Shown: positions 1 through 6,788 of the stretch, piece by piece | Position numbering within the stretch: position 1 is the stretch's first letter | Layout of the letters: the number at the start of each line of letters is the position of its first letter | NCBI GenBank assembly: GCA_963675525.2 | Contig: CAXXSL010000008.1 | Location: 192,001 to 256,000, forward strand | From: Anaerohalosphaeraceae bacterium | GTDB taxonomy: Bacteria > Planctomycetota > Phycisphaerae > Sedimentisphaerales > Anaerohalosphaeraceae | Length of the DNA: 64,000 nucleotides | Reading direction: 5' to 3' | Position numbers and translations under genes: made by a program | The notes under the pieces: generated by a model | The model's input: only the letters and a program-made list of their open reading frames with translations | Database searches by the model: none | What the model was told of the DNA's origin: nothing

Positions 1-873
1 AACGGTCATGAAGCGAACCGCCAGTTGAGGTTGGGCCAGAACACCAATACCTACACCCAGCGTAATGGTACTGATGATGATCCACCACAGATTATACGCG
101 TCCGGATTCGGCCCTTTAGCGGACTCACCAATACCCCATCCAAATGCAGGCATCGCCGTCCAGCCTTTAAATCCGACTCCGCCAAAAATATTGGGGCCTT
201 TGCCGGCTTCAGTCAGTGCCGCATGGGCCGCGTTGACACCGCCCATCATTTTATATGTCCAAATCAACAAAATCAGCATACCCACAAACATGATCGAACC
301 CTGCAAGGCATCTGAATACATGACGCCCTTCAATCCGCCCATAATCACATAGGCAGCGATGATGACGCTGAAAACAAGAAGGGCTGTTTCATAAGTAATT
401 CCAAATGCCGATGCGATGAATGCACACCCGCCAATCAGGACCGCCGCCGCATACATCGGAATAAACAGGAAGATGATAAGTCCTGCAAAGATCTGGATAA
501 ACTTGCTCTCAAAGCGATTGGCCAGTAATTCCGGAAATGTATGCGCATCTAAATGGTGGCCCATGCGACGAGTCGGCCCACCAAGGAACACAAACGCAAC
601 AAAGATACCCACAAAGATATTAAAGAAAGTCAACCACAGTAAACTCATCCCAAACATTCCGGCCACACCGCCGAAACCAACAATCGCACTGGTCGAGATA
701 AATGTCGCCCCATAACTCATCGCCATGACAAAGGGGTGTACCCCACGTCCGGCGATCAGATAATCGGTTGCGCTTTTTGTTCGCTTCCAACCTAAAAAAC
801 CAAGATAAACTACGACTAACAGATATGCAAGAACTACCATAATTTCTTTGGCGCCAACAGCTTGTGCTAACAT
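1..873 (-). CDS. Sodium:solute symporter (SSS) family protein, 3' part outside window
   Basis: Manual minus-strand translation from ATG 873 (SD GGGAGG): MLAQAVGAKEIMVVLAYLLVVVYLGFLGWKRTKSATDYLIAGRGVHPFVMAMSYGATFISTSAIVGFGG, a typical SSS N-terminus. Absent from the ORF track because it has no stop in the window. Confidence 0.9.
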   Translation of the reverse strand, partial: MLAQAVGAKEIMVVLAYLLVVVYLGFLGWKRTKSATDYLIAGRGVHPFVMAMSYGATFISTSAIVGFGGVAGMFGMSLLWLTFFNIFVGIFVAFVFLGGPTRRMGHHLDAHTFPELLANRFESKFIQIFAGLIIFLFIPMYAAAVLIGGCAFIASAFGITYETALLVFSVIIAAYVIMGGLKGVMYSDALQGSIMFVGMLILLIWTYKMMGGVNAAHAALTEAGKGPNIFGGVGFKGWTAMPAFGWGIGESAKGPNPDAYNLWWIIISTITLGVGIGVLAQPQLAVRFMTV

Positions 874-937
874 AATAATCCTCCCTGATAGTTAGACAGG
901 AACTCCATTATATTCTTCCGATTTCAAGAAAAACAAA

Positions 938-1108
938 CTACACTTCTTCCTCAACCTTTTTCTCCTCAACAGCCCACTTAACATCATCCGGCTGAACTTC
1001 TTCGGCGCCGCGATTCCAGTTAAACAGGCCATAGACAACACAGAGAATTGTACTTGCGATGCAGAGAAGATATGCTGCTACCACTCCTTTGTCTTCGATT
1101 CCAAGCAT
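938..1108 (-). CDS. Small single-TM membrane protein, probable symporter accessory subunit
   Basis: MLGIEDKGVVAAYLLCIASTILCVVYGLFNWN; directly upstream of the SSS gene; AAGGA SD before ATG 1108. Confidence 0.75.
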   Translation of the reverse strand: MLGIEDKGVVAAYLLCIASTILCVVYGLFNWNRGAEEVQPDDVKWAVEEKKVEEEV

Positions 1109-1327
1109 AATCAGTCCTTTCATAATGCTGGTTCACGAAACCGGATATTACATGGCCGGTTTATTACTGTTTGTAAATATAATAGCTGTCATGTATAAGA
1201 TTTCAAACAAAAACTTAACAATTATGTAATATTTTCGGCGTTTTGTTGTGAAAAAGATGAGTTTTTTGTTTTTTATCGGATTATGAACAGAAAACTATCA
1301 AAACAGGGGGTTTTAATACTGATAAGC

Positions 1328-2179
1328 CTAATTTTTAATTGTTTTAAGCAGTTTTTTGGCATTCTTGTAAAATATCTTCTCCAGAAATGCCTCCGGCATG
1401 CCCAATTTGGAAAATGCCTTGATTTCGGCCGCTTGATCCGTCCACGGTGAATCAGTACCGAAGAGGATATAATCCGAAGGATGTGCCAAAATCATCCGTT
1501 TAAGCTGGTCATGGTTGAGATATTGGACTGAAAATGACGTTTCCATGTAAATCGGCTTGCCGATCAAGTACTCTTCAACCTCATCCCACTGCTGCCAACT
1601 TCCCAGATGGGTCGTTATCAGCTTTAAATCGGGGAATTTTGCAAGAACGTTTGATATTTTCTTCGGTCCTGCACGGTCAATCCACTCAAATGCAAAATCA
1701 AACCCCGTATGCATCGTCAGCAGCAGCCCTTCGGCCTGAACCGCCTCATAGAGCGGGTCCAGCTTCGCATCATCCATATCAAAATCCTGATAATACGGGT
1801 GCATTTTGATCCCCGCCAGCCCCGCCGCGGCGATCTGCCGGACATGTTCCGGACCGGCCGGGTCATCCGGATGCACCGAGGCCAGCGGAATGATCCGCTC
1901 GGACTGGATCGCCCGACTCCATTGAAAGATCGGCTCAAACTGCGACGGCTTGGTGGCAATGCTGCACAACACACTGCGCTCAATGCCGTTGGCATCCATC
2001 GACGCCAGCAGCGACGACAGCTTGCCGTCCAGATACGCCGTCACCGAATCCGTCTCCGACAAAAGCTGCCGCATCGCACGCTCGGCCAGAGCATCCGGAA
2101 ACGCATGCGTATGAAAATCAATAATCGCCCGCCTTGAATTAAAAGGGGTCAGACACCTTTTTCCTGTCGGCTGTTTCAC
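1328..2179 (-). CDS. Amidohydrolase-family metal-dependent hydrolase (Amidohydro_2-like)
   Basis: IIDFHTH, GIKMHP, MHTG, HLG and LFGTDSPW motifs. Start uncertain; GTG 2179 overlaps the RAYT stop codon (GTGA). Confidence 0.85.
   Translation of the reverse strand: MKQPTGKRCLTPFNSRRAIIDFHTHAFPDALAERAMRQLLSETDSVTAYLDGKLSSLLASMDANGIERSVLCSIATKPSQFEPIFQWSRAIQSERIIPLASVHPDDPAGPEHVRQIAAAGLAGIKMHPYYQDFDMDDAKLDPLYEAVQAEGLLLTMHTGFDFAFEWIDRAGPKKISNVLAKFPDLKLITTHLGSWQQWDEVEEYLIGKPIYMETSFSVQYLNHDQLKRMILAHPSDYILFGTDSPWTDQAAEIKAFSKLGMPEAFLEKIFYKNAKKLLKTIKN
2137..2162. repeat. REP-like imperfect palindrome, copy 1 (AATTAAAAGGGGTCAGACACCTTTTT)
   Basis: Near-identical to the copies at 2883-2910 (inverted) and 3836-3863. 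Confidence 0.9.
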
Positions 2180-2844
2180 AATTCCCCCTTTTTGGGTCTG
2201 CCGCGGGGGTTTAGGGATGATTCCAATGACAGGTCTTTCGCTGTTTTCAGTATCCATTTCTCATCGCCGAACGGGCGGCCGCGTTGAAGGCAGGTTTCAA
2301 TCTTCTCGACCGGCAATCCGGCAACGCTATCCACCCGCTTTTTCCACTGTCGGGGCAGTTCCACCGGGCCGTCGCTTAGTTCCAGCGGCTTTTCCTCACC
2401 GCAGCGAATCGCCAGACTGCTCCATGGCCAATCGGCGCTGCGTTTGACCAGTTCAGCCCGCAGCGGATTGCTCTCGACATACCGCAACAGCGTCAGATAG
2501 TACGCCCGGTCCTGCACGGGAAAGCTTTTGTAGCGGCCCTGGTAGAGATGTCCGATGCCGACGGTTCGATGTGCTCCGTGCCAGCGGTGTGAGTGCGTGA
2601 CGGTCAGCCATTTCATGAAAGCCGACAGGTCGCCGTCATGCCGCGGCCACAGCACTAAATGCCAGTGGTTGCTCATGATGCAGTAGCCGCAAAGCCGCAT
2701 GTCAAAGCGTGCCAGACCTTCGGCGAGAATCTGCTCAAACGCCGCAAAATCGCCCGCCTTCTTAAAAATCCGAAGCCGACCATTCGCACGATTCAGAACA
2801 TGATAAACAAGATTTCCCTTCGCAATACGCTTGTGTCGTGGCAT
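2176..2844 (-). mobile_element. REP-associated tyrosine transposase (RAYT; IS200/IS605-superfamily Y1 HUH)
   Basis: MPR...YHVLNR, YCIMSNHWHL (HUH), HLYQGRYKS, LRYVESNPLRA and WPWSS motifs; flanked by inverted REP-like repeats. Confidence 0.92.
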
Positions 2845-2852
2845 AATCAGCA

Positions 2853-2880
2853 ATTATAGCACGAATAAACGCGATGTCAA
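2853..2880 (-). promoter_or_regulatory. Consensus sigma-70 promoter for the RAYT gene (TTGACA-16 nt-TATAAT, extended -10)
   Basis: Plus strand reads attata at 2853-2858 and tgtcaa at 2875-2880; the ATG is about 8 nt downstream of the -10. Confidence 0.75.
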
Positions 2881-2882
2881 CT

Positions 2883-2929
2883 AAAAAAGGTGTCTGACCC
2901 CTTTAATTTACCTAATTTACCTAATTTAC
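2883..2929. repeat. REP-like palindrome copy 2 followed by about 3x TAATTTAC(C) reiteration
   Basis: 2883-2910 is the exact reverse complement of 3836-3863; 9-bp tandem repeat at 2904-2929. Confidence 0.9.
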
Positions 2930-2933
2930 TTCT

Positions 2934-3242
2934 TTATTTGTCCCCTTGCATAAATGCAGGGTATTTACCGGTCCCTTTTGCATCCGCCCTACATATTTCT
3001 ACAGAACACGAATGTTGACCAAGTGCAAATCCGGGATCTAAATGTATATGCTCTCTTTCTCCTATTGGCATCCCTGATAAATTTTGATCCCAATCTGCCA
3101 AATACTTTATTAGTTTTGAAAGAGAGCCTAATCCCTCGGGATCACCTATCACAACGATTTTCTGCGATGTCTCGTTAATAACATGGTGAAATATTTCTAA
3201 TTTCCCTTTAATTTCCGGAATACTTTTAAAAAAATCACTCAT
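2934..3242 (-). CDS. Polymorphic-toxin immunity protein (Imm32-like)
   Basis: Immediately downstream of the RHS toxin tip; GDPEGL..L...LAD.DQ...P.GEREHIHL...RADAKGTG pattern; GGAG SD; AT-rich. Confidence 0.7.
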   Translation of the reverse strand: MSDFFKSIPEIKGKLEIFHHVINETSQKIVVIGDPEGLGSLSKLIKYLADWDQNLSGMPIGEREHIHLDPGFALGQHSCSVEICRADAKGTGKYPAFMQGDK

Positions 3243-3268
3243 ATACAGAACTCCAATATTTAAATAAT

Positions 3269-3856
3269 TCAGTTCGCTGGCGCCACCTCCATAAGACTCT
3301 GCACTATAGGAATAATCGCAGGCCAATAAGTAATCACTGCTGCCACAGCTACAGCACCTACGCCAACACCCGCCGATACCTTTTGAGCTGTATCTATACC
3401 TTCTTCTGTTAAACCTCTATTTAATTTTTCACATATTTTTTCACCTGCAGTGGGCTCATATGTTCTGGTTCCGTTTACATCATAATCCGGCACATCACCA
3501 TCAACCTGCCCCTCTAAATCGTTTACAGGATCTGGTGGGAAATATCTTCCAACTTTCCCCCCCTTTGAATTCTCATAATCCCAATGTCCTCTGTCGTGGA
3601 AGTCATCATCATCTTCATCATGCCAATGTTTCCAACGACGACCTTTTTTATAAGCCCCACGTTCTTTATCCCACTTCCATTTTTTGCCGGTTTCAGGCCA
3701 TCTTTGGGGGGGGTCTGATGCCCCTGGCACTTTTTTCAACCCCCATGGATCAACCCAATTGACAGGGTTGTTTCCGCAGTACTGGTAGAGGTTCATGCTG
3801 TCGTAGTAGCCGATGGGGTCGGTCTGCATGAAGGATAAATTAAAGGGGTCAGACAC
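3269..3856 (-). CDS. Orphan RHS C-terminal fragment with toxin tip
   Basis: [32 protein letters not shown] is the end of an RHS core with the DPxG autocleavage motif. It is followed by a divergent domain with HWH...H..GHWD. Start is GTG 3856 or ATG 3829. Confidence 0.85.
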   Translation of the reverse strand: MSDPFNLSFMQTDPIGYYDSMNLYQYCGNNPVNWVDPWGLKKVPGASDPPQRWPETGKKWKWDKERGAYKKGRRWKHWHDEDDDDFHDRGHWDYENSKGGKVGRYFPPDPVNDLEGQVDGDVPDYDVNGTRTYEPTAGEKICEKLNRGLTEEGIDTAQKVSAGVGVGAVAVAAVITYWPAIIPIVQSLMEVAPAN

Positions 3857-3863
3857 CTTTTTT
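3836..3863. repeat. REP-like palindrome copy 3 (TAAATTAAAGGGGTCAGACACCTTTTTT)
   Basis: 28/28 inverted match to 2883-2910. Confidence 0.9.
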
Positions 3864-3975
3864 GGTTCTCCCTTTATTACGTTTATGCTATTTCTCCTTG
3901 TTTTTCACCTCTGCCACAACGTTCATGACATGTCATCATCACCTATCATAAACAAACAAAGCCACCAATCAACCT

Positions 3976-4006
3976 AAAAAAAAGGCCCGGGAAAATCCGG
4001 GCCTTT
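3976..4006 (-). terminator. Intrinsic terminator of the cold-shock gene
   Basis: GGCCCGG/CCGGGCC stem followed by U8 on the minus strand. Confidence 0.8.
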
Positions 4007-4043
4007 GGGTGTTTCACAGAACAGCTAATCTAAGCAAGCGCCC

Positions 4044-4247
4044 TTAGCAGGGTCGAACTTGCGTTGCTTCCATTCCTTTCTTGCCCTGTGCCGGTTCGAA
4101 CTCGACCCGCTGGCCATCACGCAGCGTACGGAAGCCTTCGGATGCGATGTTGGTGTGATGAACGAAGAGATCGTCACCTCCATCATCAGGAGTAATAAAC
4201 CCAAATCCTTTTTTCTCGTTAAACCACTTGACTGTACCCTGACTCAT
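4044..4247 (-). CDS. cspA: Cold-shock protein (CspA family)
   Basis: [15 protein letters not shown] (RNP1) and LFVH (RNP2); 67 aa. Confidence 0.95.
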   Translation of the reverse strand: MSQGTVKWFNEKKGFGFITPDDGGDDLFVHHTNIASEGFRTLRDGQRVEFEPAQGKKGMEATQVRPC

Positions 4248-4428
4248 AACAACTCCTCGGGCCTCTGGCCCATCTTGCTATTTCCCTCGACAGTTACCAA
4301 GAGACGGCCCGAGGGAAGAACAACCGTCTCCATGTCCACAACGATCTATTTTAGATTAAAGCAATATTGTACCGTGATAGCAAATTAATTTTTTCAAAAA
4401 TAACCTGTTTTTTCGATTAAAACGGGCA

Positions 4429-4857
4429 TTATTCACCGGTTGGCCTCTCTGTTCGGATTTTTTTCAGGTCCGACCTCTTTTTTTTATCCTTCAGGCGGCG
4501 TTGAATCGCGGATTTCGGAGTTCGGGTCGGACGACGGATCTTGGCGGGCTTGAGGGCCTCGGCGATCAGGCCGGCCAACCGCTGTGCAGCGGCATTGCGA
4601 TTGGCATGCTGAGAGCGATATTCCTGACAGGTCACCTGCAGGATGCCCTGCTTGTCAATCCGGCTCTTGAGTGTTTTGGCGATCTTCTGCTTTTGAAACT
4701 CGGTCAGGCACGGGCAATCGAATAGACTCAGCGAAACACTGACGCGGGTATTGAGCTTGTTGACGTTCTGTCCGCCGGGGCCGGAACTTCGGGAAAAAAC
4801 GAATGTCAAATACGTTTCAGGAATGGACAATTTCGAATTGATGTACAGCAAATCCAT
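4429..4857 (-). CDS. arfB: Alternative ribosome-rescue peptidyl-tRNA hydrolase ArfB (YaeJ)
   Basis: RSSGPGGQNVNK (GGQ), RSQHANR, basic C-terminal tail. Confidence 0.93.
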   Translation of the reverse strand: MDLLYINSKLSIPETYLTFVFSRSSGPGGQNVNKLNTRVSVSLSLFDCPCLTEFQKQKIAKTLKSRIDKQGILQVTCQEYRSQHANRNAAAQRLAGLIAEALKPAKIRRPTRTPKSAIQRRLKDKKKRSDLKKIRTERPTGE

Positions 4858-4874
4858 GACAGGCTCATCGATCG

Positions 4875-5558
4875 TCAGACAACCGCACGGTAACCTTTGC
4901 CGTGAACGGTCTTGATAATGTTACGTGCGGTCCCCAGTTTCTTTCGCAGCGAGGCAACGTGCACATCCACAATCCGCTCATTGGCGCTTTGTTCGGCGGA
5001 TCCGAGAATGCTTTGAAGGTCTTCTCGGCTGAGGGCACTGCCGCCGGCCTTGAACAACGTCAGCAAAATATTGAACTCGGCGGGGGTCAGGTCAATTGGT
5101 GTGCCTTCAACGAATACCTGGCGCCCTGCGGGAAAAACGCGAACCGCTCCTGCCTGCAGAATCTCCCGGACCGTATTCGGTTCCGGGTACGCCCGGCGCA
5201 AAACCGCTTCAATCCGTGCCAAGAGAACCTTGGTACTGAATGGCTTGGTAATGTAGTCATCGGCACCAACACTGAGGCCAACGATGATATCGGTTTCGGT
5301 ATCTTTGGCGGTCAACAGAATGATCGGGATGTGGGAAGTTTCGGCTTCATTTTTGAGCTTGGTGGTAAGTTTGATGCCCGAAGTGTCGCCGAGAATGATA
5401 TCCAGCAGGATCAAATCCGGCTTATCAACGGCCAGCATCGCCAGAGCCTCGGCGCCGCTGGCAGCGGTTCGGACAATATACCCTTCCTGGGACAGGGACA
5501 TATCCAGCAATTCCAGCAGATCGGTCTGGTCATCGACAACGAGTATACGGGCATTCAT
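4875..5558 (-). CDS. OmpR/PhoB-family response regulator (no kinase adjacent)
   Basis: Receiver domain (VVDD, LILLD, GADDYITKPF) plus winged helix (VDVHVASLRKKL, TVHGKGY). Confidence 0.92.
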   Translation of the reverse strand: MNARILVVDDQTDLLELLDMSLSQEGYIVRTAASGAEALAMLAVDKPDLILLDIILGDTSGIKLTTKLKNEAETSHIPIILLTAKDTETDIIVGLSVGADDYITKPFSTKVLLARIEAVLRRAYPEPNTVREILQAGAVRVFPAGRQVFVEGTPIDLTPAEFNILLTLFKAGGSALSREDLQSILGSAEQSANERIVDVHVASLRKKLGTARNIIKTVHGKGYRAVV

Positions 5559-5793
5559 GGGCTTTTATCCTCAACTTATTATTTAAACAGCCATATGATT
5601 TACATTTTCATCACAGCTGCTTAATAATCAATTAAACATCCTTTATTTTATCGACTTTCGGGGCATTGTAGTTCATCAATAATCGGAAAATCAACTGAAA
5701 ATATCGAATAACGACCGATAAAAATGCACTTTTATGAGTGGGCAGTGCCAAGTCGGTTCATAATTTTTCCTGAGGCCAGGCAGGCAACGTGAA

Positions 5794-6147
5794 ATGGGTT
5801 TGTATTGGGTTTGGTTGGGTTCGCGTGGCGCTATTAAAAACTGCGGTGTTGTGTCCGTTGGTGGGTTTGAGTGTGGTATGGGGCATTTGCGTCATGGGTG
5901 TGTTTGGCACTTAAATTGGGTTCGTTTTTTTGGGGGTTGGCGGGGTCAAAAAGGGGGTTTTTTTACGAATTTCCAAAGCTAAATCGGCGATCCTGGGCTG
6001 TACGAGTAGAGGGTACTTGGGGGCAAAATTGGCTTCGTTTTGGGTTCGATTGGGTTTGTTTTTGTAGGGGCAGCCCTTAGTCCATTGTTTTTAGTCCTTA
6101 GGAGAAAGGCGTTTACTGTGATTTGGCTGCTTTGAAAATTGGGTTCG
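5794..6147. repeat. Array of eight TTGGGTTYG-like motifs in two (3+1) units
   Basis: Copies start at 5794, 5805, 5815, 5916, 6029, 6040, 6050 and 6139. Confidence 0.8.
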
Positions 6148-6542
6148 TTTTGTAAAAATAGTATTATAGTCTTTCGTCTTCAGGGAGATCCGGGTGGCTT
6201 TTTTTGGGCCGGGATACGCTGATTCAATTGTCAAATATCATACTATTCGATTTTTCATATTATATCATAAATTAGATAAATGCAAAACTAATTTTCAGAT
6301 TCACTAAATATAAATTTGACCTTCCCTGCTCTACATTCCAACATGTGGATCTCATCCAGACGGCTGTTTTTGTAAACCACGAAATGGGGAAGGCGGATTT
6401 TCAGAAAATGGACGGTAATCGTAATTTTTATGCGATTATCAAACAACCCTAAAAAAAGGCACCGAATGGTGCCTTCCGATCATTCAATCAAAAATGTCAC
6501 GTCAAAAGTACCTGACACGTTACGTTTTCCCGGATTATTCCC

Positions 6543-6570
6543 TTGCATAGAAATATCTGTGGTGTAAAAT
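6543..6570 (+). promoter_or_regulatory. Putative sigma-70 promoter (TTGCAT-16 nt-TAAAAT)
   Basis: Near-consensus elements upstream of the 763-aa secreted protein. Confidence 0.45.
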
Positions 6571-6788
6571 GAAACCCGCATCTGTATACATCTGTGAAGA
6601 CACTTACTCAGCAACAAGCAGCGTTAGTTGTAAAGCACGGTGAGAAAATGAGCGGGAGAAGACATAATTGGGCACTTCTAAACGGCCTTTGCCAAGACCC
6701 CCTACGGAATCACTATTTGCCCCAAGGGTATGCAGTTAATCAATTCACATCTAAACATATTTTAAATTCTTTATAAGGAAATAGAATC

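Noticed and set aside
5904..5921. Sigma-54 site TGGCAC-N5-TTGG
   Set aside because: The -12 element is TTGG rather than TTGC and belongs to the repeat motif.
5794..6080. Short Gly/Trp/Phe-rich ORFs
   Set aside because: They are translation by-products of the G/T-rich repeat, with no SD or domain signal.
5794..6147. CRISPR array
   Set aside because: Repeats are only 9-14 bp with irregular spacers, and no cas genes are present.
6504..6521. AAAAGTACCTGACACGTT as a fourth, degenerate RAYT REP
   Set aside because: Too many mismatches and poor self-complementarity.
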